From assembly GCA_016748015.1 (NCBI GenBank), contig JAAOMT010000109.1:21820-85819 (forward strand): a stretch of DNA of 64,000 nt, given 5' to 3'. The notes below the pieces were generated by a model. The model saw only the letters and a list, made by a program, of their open reading frames with translations, searched no databases and was not told the DNA's origin. Below, in pieces: positions 24,211 through 37,700 of this stretch (within the stretch, counting starts at the first letter, position 1; every line of letters starts with the position of its first letter). The DNA comes from Geosiphon pyriformis uo1 (lineage: Eukaryota; Fungi; Glomeromycota). A program made the position numbers and the translations under genes.

Positions 24211-26854
24211 AGAAAACCCCTTTTACGTTTTTAACTTAACTGATGATGACTATAACATAGATGAATTAGCAATCAACCCCTCTGAATCCACAAGAAAGAA
24301 GAAGAAAGCCAAAGTTGATTTCATTCTGGATCCCAATAAAACTTCTACATCAACTGCTGACAACAATGAGCCCCCAAAAGCCAAAGTTTTCAAGAATCCT
24401 CCAAAGTTGGAACCCCCAGAAATAATACAAAAATCCGACTCCTATTCTGTTGTCAAAGACCTTATAGAAACCCCAGCACATATAACTTTTGGCCAATTGA
24501 TAACCCATCCACAATTCAGAAAAGATCTTCGCAAATCTCTGATTCCAAAGAAAAAGACACCCAAAACCAACAAACGCCCTTGCCAAGCTGGACTTGCTGA
24601 CAATAGCAATGTCACTTCTCTAATTTGTAAAGCCCAAGTGGCTGGCTACTTCATTGATTTGATCCTAGACAGTGGATCATCTGTTAGTGTTATTGCCAAA
24701 CACTTTCTTGAAGCAATTGGCAGAAAAATTGATGAATCATCCACACGACCAATGACCAATATGCATGGTGATAAGAAGAAAAGGCTTGGCATAGCCAAAG
24801 CTATTCCTGTCCATATTAATGGCATCAGCATTGAAACTGATATAGAAGTATCTGAAGTGAAAGAATACACCATCATTGTTGGCAATGAATGATTCAAGAA
24901 AGCAAAAGCTTTGCTTGATTATAAACTCTGTAAACTAACTATTAGATGTGGTAAGAAACCCATTGTGGTTAAGTGTCGCCATTGGACAACTCCCCCAGTA
25001 TCCAAACAAAGCCCAGAAGAAAATGAATCAGATGAATCAGATAATGAAAAAAGTGAGGAAGAAGAAGAACAAGAAGAACAAAAAAAAACTGCTGAACTCG
25101 CCTATACCATCTTCACCAGCAATGGCAAACTACTGAATAATATCAAGGCAGATAAAAAAGGAATCATTGTCAATGGCAAGCTGATCTGCTGGCTTTATTA
25201 TGACATGCTCAGAAAAACCTTTGACAGAAAGCCAGGCAAGAAAGCCAAATACAGTTATTGGTGGCATGATCCTTGTGCCCAGTACTGGTGCAACAAACCA
25301 TTGTATTCTCCTAGTGATGAATGCATGTCCTGCCTGATCTATTACAAAGATTGAGAACCAATCAGCTTGATACTCCGTGAAGAAATAAAAAAAGTCCAAA
25401 AGTTCTTTGAAAATGAACCACCTGAAATCCAATCACTGGTTGTAGAACAAAAAGAACCCTCTCCAGAAGAAAGAAAGATAGATATTGAAAACCTGCTGGC
25501 TAGAAATAGCCCAGTTATCTCAAAAGAAGGTGAACCTCCTGGACGTACACATGTGATACAACACACCATTATCACCAAAGAAACTCGTCCCATCCATTTG
25601 AAGCCCTATCAATTCAACCGGTGCAATAATGAGTTTATCAAAAAGGAAATAACCTAAATGAAAAACCTTGGATTCATACAGGAAACCAAGAGTGAATGGG
25701 CATTCCCAATTGTAGTGGTATTCAAAAAAGAAGGAACCCTATACTTTTGTGTTGACTATTGCCAATTAAATGCCATTACTGAAAGAAATATGTATCCACT
25801 TCCCAAGATTGATGCAATGCTAGACCAATTCCATAGTGCCGCTTTCTTCTCAACCATTGACTTAACTGCTGGATTCTGGCAAGTAGAGATGAATCCAGAA
25901 AGCAGAAAAAAAACTGCCTTCATCACCAAGTATAGTACCTACGAATTCACAGTCATGCTTTTTGGTCTCACAAATGCTCCTCCCATCTTTTAACGCTTAA
26001 TGGACAAAGTATTTGAATCAGTAAAAGAAAACTTTGTTCTAGTCTACTTAAACAACATAATGGTATACTCAAAAACCTGGGATGAACACCTTGAACATTT
26101 GCAAAAGGTTTTTGACCTCCTTAAAAATGCTGGCCTCAAGAACAATCTAATCAAATCATTCTTTGGACATCAATCCACCCAGTTCTTTGGCCATCTTATT
26201 ACAAAAGATGAAATCTTCCCTGATCCAGCCAAAATTGAAAAAGTTCAAAACATTAGACAACCAATGAATGTTCATAAACTACGCTCTTTTCTTGGTTTGG
26301 CCTCTTATTATCGCAAGTTTGTCAAAAATTTCTCCAAAATTGTCACTTCTCTCAATCAGCTACTTAGGAAAAACATCAATTATCACTGGGGCACTCATCA
26401 ACAAAAAGCATTTGAAATTCTGAAGGAAAAACTGGTACCAGAACCCATCCTCATGCAACCTAATCTGAATCAACCTTTTATCCTCCATACTGATGTATCT
26501 GGCTATAGATTTGGTGCTGTTCTTTCCCAGAAAGATGAAGATAGCAGAAAACATGCTGTAGTATATACCAGTAGAACTCTCACACCAGCAGAAAAGAACT
26601 ACTCAATTACTGAGCAGGAATGCTTAGCAGTAGTTTGAACTACCAGCTACTGGGACAAATATCTTAAGGGTGTGAAATTTTCAGTAGTAACAGATCACCA
26701 AGCTTTGGTTTGGCTATGCAACAAAAAAAACCTGGAACATAAATGGATAACTCGCTGAATACTCCACTTGGATGAATTCGACTATGACATTCAATACTGC
26801 AAAGGAGCTAATTATCAAAATACCGATGCTCTCTCCAGACTTACTATCCAGTAA
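24161..26854 (+). pseudogene. pol: Gypsy B pol: protease, RT, RNase H
   Basis: LILDSGSSVSVI, IIVGNE(W); FCVDYCQLN, IDLTAGFWQV, FGLTNAPPIF, VYLNNIMV, FFGHLI; LHTDVSG, EQECLAV, TDHQAL, NTDALSR, then stop. Confidence 0.95.
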
Positions 26855-26913
26855 TAGTAAAACTCTCTCAAACCAAACCAACTTAATTATTTGTAACTCG
26901 CCCACAAACAAAC

Positions 26914-28233
26914 ATGATAATAGACTTGGACAACTACTCTGCCTTAATGGAATTTTTGGGTAAAGGACAATATCCGCCAAACTATACTCAACAGCAAAGA
27001 GAACATTTGCGCAAACAATCAAATTTCTATTTGATTTGCCAGAACCAGTTATATAAAAGAAATAAAAAAGATCCTGACCACCCTCAGAGAGTCATTAGAT
27101 TTGAAGAAAGAGAAATTGTGATCTACAATATGCACACTGATCCATTAGCTGAACACTTTGGAAAAACAAAAATGATTCAGAAAACTTTAGCTTGCTATTA
27201 TTGGCCTATCTTGAGAAAAGACATTGCTAAATACATCAAAACCTGTGATATCTGTCAAAGAAGAGGAAAACCCAATTGCAAGGAAGATATCTATCCAATC
27301 TCTGTTGGTCAACCATTTAACAGAATTGGTATAGATGTTGTTGGATCTTTAACAGTAACTTCTGATGGCAACAGATACATTATCACAGCTACCGACTATC
27401 TTACAAAGTGGGTAGAAGTAAGAGCCACCCCAGATTAAACAGCAGTCTCAATTGCCAATTTCATTTATGAAGATATTATCTGTCACCACGGCTGCCCCAA
27501 AGAACTTTTATCTGATAAAGGAAGAGCTTTTCTCAATACACTGGTTGAAGAACTTTGCAGAAAAATAGAAATACATCATAAACTCTCTTCCTTTTATCAC
27601 CCCTAAACAAATGGCCTAGTGGAACGTTTCAATAGAACACTATGTGAAACCCTAGCCAAAACCAGTAAAAAAACCAACCTATGAGACAAAGTATTGCCTT
27701 CAGCTTTATTCGCCTATAGAACTGTGAATCATAAGATAACAAATTATGAACTCTTTTATCTGCTCTATGGACAAATGGCAACTCTACCAATAGAAACAGA
27801 TATAGAAACAATACCTTTTGAAGAAATAACAATAGGAGATTACAAGGACATTTTCCAAAGAAGACTTGGTACCATTCTTGACTCATTGATAAAAGCATAG
27901 ATAATTGCCTTTGAAAAGATAAAACAGTTCCAAGAGAAGCTCAAAAAGAAAAAGACCTATAAAACACTTTTTTTAAGTATTGGTGACTTAGTTTTAGAAT
28001 ACCATTCAGACAGAGACAATGTCTATGGTAATAAATTTTCCAGCCGCTGGAAAGAACTTTTTATAGTCAACAAAGTTTTGAACAATAGTTCATATATCCT
28101 ACAAGATCAATATGGAACAATATTCAGTGATCACCCTGTTTATGGCACACAACTCAAGAAATATCATAAACGACCTGATTGGTTACCTGTTGTGGTAATA
28201 CTGACCCAAATAATCAGCAAAAATCAGATATAA
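26914..28233 (+). pseudogene. Gypsy B integrase, in its own frame with its own ATG
   Basis: HTDPLAEH..CDIC, IGIDVVGSL, YLTKWVE, SDKGRAF, YHP(Q)TNGLVERFNRTL, RWKELFIV..NNSSYIL; no chromodomain. Confidence 0.93.
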
Positions 28234-28274
28234 ATAAATGCACCATTCCCAAAACAGAGGTATCTTCAATCGAC

Positions 28275-28931
28275 ATGAACAATTATTTCCTGAATCAAAA
28301 CATTCAAAACACTTTCTATACTCTCCATGAGTGCTGGATCAAGAACTATCCAAATGCTACTCTGACTATCAGAAAACAAATCACCATAACAGACAACAAT
28401 AGAACTCACACTGTTATCAAACCAAAGAAAACAACTACCAAAAGAGAAAGAATTGGTGGCAAAATGGATAAATACCTGCTGGAAAGCATAACAGCAGCAA
28501 TACTTTTACCTTCCAACACAATTGAAAAAACGATACAAGAAATCTTGCCCATAGACAAAAACTTGTCATATGGAAGACAACTAGAACTCTATGGTCATCT
28601 TGGTGAAATCATAGAAGACATGAAGCTTATGAAGAAAACAACTTCAGAGATACAAGGGGAAATTTTGGGCATTATACGATTGGATGTCCCAAGAGTTTTG
28701 ACCATTGCTAAAAGAGCCAGAACTCTTATACAAAAATTTGGTCTCTTGGATACAAAACTTATTTCACCTCAAGTAATATTTACCCTATCCACAAAAGACT
28801 TCAACAAACTAGTTAGTTTTGAGTTAGACAAAACCCTTCACATAGACTATCCCATAAATAACTTAATTTTGCCAAAGCTCAATCTCTTTGGAGAGAATAA
28901 TATTATGGTTGAAACCCATAGTTTTTATTAG
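28275..28931 (+). CDS. Gypsy B ORF3, uninterrupted, unknown function (~218 aa from first ATG)
   Basis: Open frame 28179-28931 between IN and the 3' LTR, running through the PPT into the LTR. No signal peptide or transmembrane segment visible. Confidence 0.75.
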   Translation: MNNYFLNQNIQNTFYTLHECWIKNYPNATLTIRKQITITDNNRTHTVIKPKKTTTKRERIGGKMDKYLLESITAAILLPSNTIEKTIQEILPIDKNLSYGRQLELYGHLGEIIEDMKLMKKTTSEIQGEILGIIRLDVPRVLTIAKRARTLIQKFGLLDTKLISPQVIFTLSTKDFNKLVSFELDKTLHIDYPINNLILPKLNLFGENNIMVETHSFY

Positions 28932-29590
28932 TTATCACATGTATTAGCCACTGATGTCATATAATTAGCCACCCTATTTTTAGATAGTAATTGTTGACTT
29001 GATCAATAATCTGACTGTTGACCTGATCATTGACCTGATCATTGACCTGATTGTTGATCTGGTCATTGACCACTTTAGATAGCTATATAAGCAATGATTC
29101 CCTTAGATGTAGAAAGACATGATCAAAGTAACAAAATAAACAATATTAATTACTTCCTCTCATAATCGCTTATTCTCCTTTTCTTACCTTCAAGTATCTA
29201 CTTGTTGGCATTCACATACCTTATCTTTTTCCCTTCTTGATTTGTATTTGTTAGAATTAGCCTGAGAAGCAATTGGCTTGCTCTTGTAATTCATTGAATA
29301 AAGAAACAATTAAAAAACACAATGATACCTGTTATTGATTCTAAGAATCGCTGAGTTGAAGCATAGAATAATAGTAGTGGTGTTATCTTGTTGACAATTA
29401 CGGACTATTTCTCTACCTTTAGATTTAAGAAAAAATTAGTGACTGTGATTTTTATGAGACTGATCACGTACATTGAATTCCTACTTATTCAATTCGTTCC
29501 CTTATTGTAATTCCCTCTTTGTTTATTTCCATCACCATACAATACTGTTCTCCCTTGCTATCTGTTAGCTTGTTACTCCAATCCATAACA
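28901..29590 (+). repeat. Gypsy B 3' LTR (690 bp)
   Basis: Preceded by PPT GGAGAGAATAA. Differs from the 5' LTR almost only by transitions plus one extra 12-bp unit. Confidence 0.96.
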
Positions 29591-32529
29591 CTATAAATAT
29601 GTTAAAAAAATAATTGTTATTACAGTAACTAAGTTTGATAAAATAGTGTCAATCTGATTATAACTAATTGGGCTGTGGCAAAAAACTGTGGTAAAATTTA
29701 TCAAATCAAATTAGGCTGAAAATTTGGCATTAAAATGGTTTTTCTTAATTGGGAAGAATTTGGTACATGTGGCTATAACCATAGAAAATTGTAGTATTTA
29801 GATGTTTAGAGATTGTTTTAAGATGTTTTTATTTACTTTTTTCATGGAAACCACTACTTATAATCTTGAATTTCTTTTGAAAAAAGCTGATGGAAATACT
29901 TGTATCATTAATTAATCATTTGAGACTGGCAATAGAATTCACTGTACAATAATTGGTTTTAAATTTGATAAGAAATCGGAATTTGTTTTCTATATAAAGC
30001 CAAATTTGGTACTATAAAATTATCTTGAACTAAAATAGATTTGATTTGATGCAAAAAGTGTAGGAAGTTTAAACATTTTCTTTTGATGTGTAATATACTA
30101 AATACATTTACTTTTAAGCTTTTGAAAACATTTAAAAAAATTGCTTTAGATGCAAATTGTTTTTAATTGGCTAAATTGTATACAAAAAAAAATGTTTCTA
30201 TCTTTCATCTTGCTGCTTTTGGTAACAAATCTTGGGCACAAATGGTTTTACTTGTTGTTATCTCTAATAATATTTTAGTTTTGGTTCTGAATTCTTTTTT
30301 TTTAATAGATCATATATTAAAAAAAGTTTTATAATTGCTTAAAATAATTTATCTATTAGTGTTTATTTGGCTTTTTTAGAACGTTTTTTAAAGCTTTTGG
30401 CTAATCAAGTATTGAGTATTGTGTAAAAACTAAGCAGTATAGACCTGGTACTCTTGGTGTCTACTTCTCAATTTCTTTTTTTTTATGTGTCTGTTTTTTT
30501 GAATTAAAGGTTAAATTTGAATATGGCTTTAAACAACTTATTTAAGCTGCTTGCTTTTTTTTTTTTAATTGCAAATAATATGGTTTTAAATTTGGGTTTA
30601 AGCAGTTTGAAAGTCTTGACTATCAAGATAAATAGATTAAATCTAAAATAGTGGCTCTTAAAGTTTTTGTTAGTTCAGTTTTAGTGAAATTGAATTAATT
30701 GTATGCTGGCTTAGATTTTTTAACATTTTTTTTATCTCAATAATTGATTTAATTTGGAAGTTTACTACATGTTATGTTTAAGACCTTAATGTTTTTACAA
30801 AGTAGAAAAATATTGTTTATTGATATATAAGCTTGAGTAATATGATTTCAATTATTACAGAAACAAAATTAAGATCTAGTATTAAGCCTTAACTATTAAA
30901 CAAGTTTGATAAGATGCAGATTTTCACATCTGATTTGGATAAAAATTTTCTTAGTACTAAGATAACTATTATTGTAAACAATTTTTTGGCTCAACATATT
31001 TCTAAAATAAAGAAAATTCTTGGTTAAATTATTTTAGTAAGGCTTTTGTTCAAAAAAAATTGTTAATTATAAACTTAGATTTATATATTAGTGTTTTTGC
31101 TAAAGTAAAGTTTAGTCAGGCATTAAAAGTCAATTTTTTTATTGTTAAGACAGTTAACTTTAATACTTTTATGGTGTTAGGTAAAAACTTCAATAAAAAT
31201 AGTTTAAAAAGAAGTACAAGTTTCAAATTTTGTTTGGATTTGGGTTTGGTTAACTTATTTGGTAGACATTTATTGGTTAAAGTTTTAACTTAGAGCAATT
31301 TAAAAAATGTTAAAAAAGTTTTAGATTATATTTTTGTTAATAAAAGCATATTATTAGTGATTGCTAATTATGAAATTGATTCTGTGTTTACATTTTTCAA
31401 CACTAATTACAAGGCTGTCTTAATGTTAATTGGTTTGAATAGGCTTTTGGGTATTTATTTAAATAGCCTATACAAACAAGCTAATAAAAAGTATTGAAAA
31501 TTCAAAATTAAGGATACAGATAATACCAAGTAAATATAATTTAAAAAATGCTTTTTTGTCAAGCTTTTGGTGGTAAAGAATAAGTTTTCAAATACTAAGG
31601 CTTGTAGTAATTTAAATACTATGTAGATACTGATGAAATATTTTCAAAACATTGGTTCAGTAAATTTCAGTGTTTAAAAAACAAGCAGTTTTTTAAGTTT
31701 TTTGGATTGAAACTTTTAATTGCCAAAATTGTTAAAAAATTAGGCTTAAGTAACATGCTTGAATTTAATTGTCTTATTAAAAAATAGTCAACTTTGAATA
31801 GAAATAAGACTATCATAATTGTAAATATAGTATAGAATAATAAAAAGTTTATAGATATCATTAAATATTTGTTATCTGTTTATAAAGAGTACAGAAAGTT
31901 CAATATATACAAGTCAAAATTGGCTGAAAAGGTGGCTATCAAGAAAGCAATTAAGAAGCACATAAAAAATTTTAGTTTTAATAAAGGTGGTATGATTAAA
32001 AGTATTTTGAATTAGCTTTTCACAAAGTAGTTTTGGATTATTTGGTGGTAGATAGTAAGCTGGTTTTGAAGTTAGAAGAAATAAGACTTAGTGTTTATAT
32101 GATTATAAAAAGTTGGACAAGAAAACAGATTGTGTTTATAACAATGTTTGATCTTTGAGTTTGCTAATATGTACTGTTGAATTACATAAAAGATGATGTT
32201 TTTTTGGTGTAATAAGAGAAATCAGTATAGAGGAATTGTTTTTGGTTATTAATGGTTTGTTTAATAACAAGACTGCTGGCTTGTTTAACATTTTTAATGA
32301 ACTTTGAAAGCATGATAACAATAAGATAATAGGATGTTTTTTGGATTTGTTGAATACATGTTTGTCTATTGGTAGTGTGTCTGCTTTGTAGAAAAAAGCT
32401 TAGATCTCAATGATTTCTAAATTTTATGGTTGGAATAAGGTTCTTATTAATACTCAACTTATTGCTTTAATTAAAACTGCCAGAAAGATTGTTTTTAAGA
32501 TTCTATCTAATTGGATTTTATTTGCATGT

Positions 32530-34794
32530 TTTTTTATTAAAGTTTAACAAACAAGGCCCAAAAGCTACCTAGAACAATATATCAAAGAATCAATCTAAAC
32601 TAGATGCTAATCATGCATTTTCTACATGTAACTAGCTATTCAAACTAGTTAAAAACACACTACGCTGATGCTACAGAAAAAAACTTACCCAAAGACAACA
32701 TCTTTTAAATAACAGAAAACAAAGTTGCACTACAAAAAACCAAACCAACTAGCCACTCAGCAGTTTTAAAGAGATCAGTTTTAATATCAAAAAACTCATG
32801 CTCCCAAAGAGACATTAAGTTGGAAAACATCTCATCACCTATAACAGGTGAAAGCTTTAAATCACCAGATATATTAATGTCCTCTATGCAGCATTCTTTT
32901 TTCAAAGAAACTACTTCTTTTCCCAACTTACCAACAGTTCTACTAAAAGAACTCATATGCACCAAAACCTCATTAATGTTAAGACCAAAAGCACTACTTA
33001 AAACCAAATTACCATTAATAAACTGTTCAAAAATTGTAACCAAAGAGCCAATAAGCTTAACAATAGACTCAACCAAAGCAGAAAGCTTAGTCAAATCAGA
33101 TTCCAAAGAAGACAGTCAAGATAGCACCAAAAGATTACCAACAACAACTGAAGAAAAAACAAGAGGTGACAAAGGTAGAAATCCAGAGGAGTTCAAGGGA
33201 GCAAAAGTCTTGGCATAAGACTTAGGACCAACAAAGTGTGATGTAAACACCTTGAGAAACTTGGAAAAGAAAGGTAAAGAAACCTTACAGTCTGTAGCCA
33301 AATGGCCCAGTTCTTAATACTTGAAACAATGCCAACAACCAGGAGTCTTCTACCAAATATGACATTTTCTCAATGTACTAGTTTTGACAATAGCAGAGTC
33401 CAAATCAGTTTGGAAACCAAATGTGACCAGAGCAAACCGAAAATAACAACCAGACTTAAGAGAATGAGAGATAAAACATGTTTGACCACCAATTTGAGAA
33501 ATCATATCACTAATTTCAAAAGCTGTGCATTCAGAAAGAAAATTGACCAACTTGGCCTTAAACTTATCACAAAACAAAATAGTCTCATTTTGATTTACCA
33601 GAGGAAAAATTTTAACACTATTCTTGTCCACCAAAACTGACCAATGATTCAAAGCAAACACAGCAAAGTCCAACTTTTTAAAATAAACTACCACATATTG
33701 CCAAATGCCAGCAGGCTTTAGCACAATATAAGTGATACTACCAAATACACTGAAAGCTGTCTTAATGTCAGCAGCAAACATACCCAATGGCACATCACAT
33801 AGCACAACAGCAGCAGAAGAGGGACCAGACTCAGAAATTACCAAAGATTTGGCAATTTTGAGGGTAACCAAATATACAGAGCTTGTAAGCTTAACCAAAA
33901 ATGCAGCTTTCAAAGACACTTAAGAAGCAAACTCCTTATAAAACAGCTTCACATTGTCTTTTAATATTGATTTTGCACCCAAAAAACCATGTATTGACTA
34001 AAAAACAGCCTTAACATGAGCCAATTTGATCTTAAAAGTAGTACCAGACATCAGAGTAAAGACCACCCACCCAGCAAATCTTTAATGACTAGTAATAGTT
34101 TCTCAAGCACTACCAAAAGCAGCACCAGAAACTAGAAGAGGAGATGATTCAGTTTCCATTTGATCAGCCCAGTTCCCAAGAACAGATGACTCAACAGGAG
34201 GAGATTGTTTTGCTTCTAAAACTGGCAATAATCTACCAGAAGACACCATATTTAACAACACAGCTAATGATTGATCTAGGCCTATCTTGGACAATATGCT
34301 GGATAATACTATGGAGATCTTATTGGGAACCACAAAAGAGTTCGGTGTAACAATAGCAGAGGCAAGTGATTGCTTCCACTTTTCTGAACTTTTGGTCTTT
34401 TTGACTATTTTTTTGAAAAGAAAGTGCTAGCAGCACCAGATGTAGAAGTTATAGAGAGGAAGACCAGCTTGGTAACTGGTCTATTATTAAAAATTTTTGG
34501 GCTTTTAGTTAGAGTGGAGGCAACACTGAGACTAACCCAAGTGTGTCTCTTTGAGAGAACTTTGACTGGTGAGAAACCAGCCAAAGATGAAGAAGTTGCT
34601 TTAGTGACTACCAAAGGCAGCTTATCACGATTACTGGATAAAAAAAAGGCTTCTAAAACGTTTTGTCTAGTTGCTTTTACAACAGAGAGAACTTTTTTGG
34701 TTGAAATTTTATTAAATATCTCAGGACAGATATCAAGTACAGCTTTTTTACTTTTTGCTTTGATTGTAGTCATAAAATTAAGAAGACAAAAAGT
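32530..34794 (-). mobile_element. ORF1-only non-autonomous non-LTR retrotransposon (half-LINE, HAL1-like), copy 1
   Basis: TSD TTTGCATGT at 32521-32529 and 34800-34808. ~20 nt 5' UTR, one decayed ~700-codon ORF (34773->32660), LINE-like 3' UTR and poly(A). No EN or RT sequence. Confidence 0.92.
32660..34773 (-). pseudogene. ORF1-like protein: S/T/K-rich N-terminus, RRM-like domains, CCHC knuckle, C-terminal helical region
   Basis: AVVLCDVPLG..DIKTAFSVFGSI..GIWQYVVVYF..HWSVLVDKNSVKI parallels LINE ORF1 (AVFIKKIPM..EFGKI..GLWQKAVIEF..KWSFLIGKNL). Knuckle CFKY.ELGHLATDC at ~33290-33330. Confidence 0.88.
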
Positions 34795-37700
34795 TTTTTT
34801 TTGCATGTAGCAAGTTTGATGTTTTCTATAATTATAATTTTTTGGTTTTAAAGAGTATATTTACTTAGTTTTTTGTGTTTGCTGTCAAATTAGTAATTGA
34901 AGATGTTCTAAAAAAAAATAGGAAACTTTGATTGGTCCCACAGGATATATGCAAAGCATATGACTCAGTTAATTAATACTATTTAAGAGCTAGCTTGTAG
35001 TGGAATCAAATTTATGATAGATTCATCAAATTTTTTAGCAGTATATACAAAAATAGAGTCAATAAAGTGATGACTAATTTTGGTCTTTTGAATAATTATA
35101 AAGTGCATAATAGATTGGATCAAGGTAAAGTTTTTTTGTTTCTTCTGTGGAAAATTTTTTACAATCCACTCTTGTATAAAATTAAGAGGCATAAACAGTT
35201 GTGTAGATACTGAATCAATACTAAGTTTATGGCAAAGACTGGCAGGATTGAAAACAGTAGTAAGATGTTCTTCTTTTTTACAACTGGTATATTTGTTAAT
35301 AATACAATTTAAATTAGGAATAGTCAGACTTCTATACAGTATGCTTTGAACATTTTCAGTGAATTTTTTATAATCAATAATATTTTGATCAACAATGAGA
35401 AAATAGTGGCTATTTTTATCAATCAGAATATTAGAGTTGTTTTTTTGAATATTAGCAGTCAGCTAATTTTAATTGCTAAAAAGAATAAAGCACATAAATA
35501 TTTAGAAATCTTTTTGTTGACTAAAAAATTGTTCAAGCCAAGTATAACCAAGACCTATTCTGATGTTCAGTTTTTTATTAATGTAGTGTTCAAAAAAGCT
35601 ATTATAGATAAGTAGTTCTCTTATTTGATGTTAGTTGTTCTGCAATTTATAGTTGGTTATAAGACTTAGTTTAGTTTTGTCTTATCAAGTATGTGTTACA
35701 AATAAAATATTATGATTAGAAAGAGTCTTAAGTCTAAAGCCTGCTTACTCCATGATCTTTTTAGTAAGACTTTATATTATTACTTTTTGTATGATCTGAA
35801 ATTATTTAAGCAAATGCAATTTGAAAAAAATTAACTGTTTTGATTTTTTTTTTAATGCTTTTAGTATTCTTGAACATTTATTTAATCATAGATTTTTAAA
35901 TTTACAGATTATAAATTAGACTTTTCTAAATCTCTTGCAATTTTCTATTAAGTTATATATTAGTTTAGTAAACAATTTTTTGGCTGAGGTGGTAAAATCT
36001 TTTTTAGTTAATAAGTTATCTTTGATAAACAATTTTCCCAATGCTTTTTATAGTCCTGGTAATTTTTCTATATCAGTAATTTTAGAGAAGATCTTGTATC
36101 TTGGCTCTATTTATTTTTTAAAATTCTTTGGAATTGCTTTTAGTAATAGGCTTTTTGATAAAAAAAGTGTTATAATAAACTGGATAACTTTTTGTCAATG
36201 GAAAAAATTGGATTTAGAGGCCCTGTGTTTTATTGATTTGAGTTTATATCTAAATTTTTGCATGATAAAAATTTTTTGTTGAGTAATTCTGCTGAGACCA
36301 ATCTATTAGACTTAAACATTTTGGAATCTAAAAGATTTTTTAATATTTAAAGTGGTTTGCATGAAATTTGGTTTGGCTTATTTGATGTCTATATAGATAA
36401 TTCATTAAAAGATGCTGGCTTTGTTAATATAACTAGTAAACAGCTGTGTATTTTTTTTGCTATAGATATAAATATTGAAATTGGAGCACATGAGCTTTTA
36501 TTATCTACTATGGCTGAAATACAGACTGTTGCTCTGTTCTTAAAGTGTATTCTATTTTTCTGCATGGTAATTTTGTACTTAACAGCCAAGCTGCAATTAA
36601 TACATGTGTGTTTGAGATGTTATTTGTTGTATCAGACTTTTGTAATTGTTGTTGGTTAGAAAAAAACATAGTGTTAATTTGATTAAGAATAAGAATCTTA
36701 TGGTAAGCTGAGTAAAAGTCAAAAGTTATTCAGAAGTGTCTAATAATATAAAGACTAATGTTATAGTAAATAAGACTACTTATTCTTCTTTTTCTTTATT
36801 AGTAGAAGTATGAAAATGTTTTTGGATTGCTGAAAACACTGTTGTATCAAACAATGCTCATTATTTTATTAGAAATTTGTTTAGGTCTATTTGTCACACT
36901 TATTAAGAAACTGCTTCTGGTTATAATGTGATTCTGAATATATTAATCAAAGATATAGATTAAACTACTACTACAAGAATATGATATTTTGATTTACATA
37001 TGCTTTCTGAATTTACCAGTTGAAAGTCTTCTAATCTGTATATGTATTTAATAAAAGCTGTATATAAATGACTACCAATGGTAGTTAAAAAAAAATTGTA
37101 TGATAAATGGTATTCTCATGTACTATGTTTGCTGTGTAATAAGATAGAGTTCTCTGATTATGCTTTTATGTGTGTTTGAAATGTTAATATTTAAAAAAAA
37201 TTTTGGTTGAAGTGTTTGTGCATTGGATTGCTTTGGCAAAAGTTTGTGATCTGTCTTTTTTTATTATTTTGTGAACATTTTCTAGATGTTTTTTAGATAT
37301 AAGTTTGTATACAATAGTTTATAAGAGGTTTGTATTAAAAGATTAGTATACAGAAGCTATTGAAATTTTTTTTAAAAAAAAAACTGTCTCTGCTATTATT
37401 AATTATATAAGACATTTGGTAGAGTTACATTATGCTAAAGTGTGGCTGATAAGATCCAAATATAGAGTAAATATGAAGAAAGCTGGTTTATTTAAAAATA
37501 GTGGTTTGGTATTAAAGTTGTTTTGTAGTATAATATCTATATTGTCAGATAATATAATTAGATTGCTTGGTATTGTTAAGTTCTTTGCTATCAGTTTTGG
37601 TTATTACTAAATGTGTCTGTTTTTTTTAGGGTTATGTAATAATATGTGTATTTATATAGATATGTAATATTATTTTGTTTGGTTTTAGTGGCCAGTTATA

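Larger units (their letters stand above)
21890..29590 (+). mobile_element. Ty3/Gypsy family B, complete provirus (7.7 kb) with 4-bp TSD
   Basis: LTRs 21890-22567 and 28901-29590 (TGTTATG...TAACA). TSD TTAT (21886-21889) / CTAT (29591-29594) inside LINE ORF1 codons KIP(M). PBS, gag-pol, IN, ORF3 and PPT all present. Least decayed element in the window. Confidence 0.97.

Noticed and set aside
23015-27898. Minus-strand ORFs inside Gypsy B as an antisense gene
   Set aside because: Short, scattered shadows of gag-pol with no recognisable domain.
28179-28931. ORF3 as retroviral env
   Set aside because: Too short, with no signal peptide, transmembrane anchor or Cys-rich ectodomain.
32820-34810. 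Plus-strand ORFs (32820-33218, 33302-33640, 33732-33923, 34424-34810) as genes
   Set aside because: Antisense shadows of the minus-strand half-LINE ORF1; no independent motifs.
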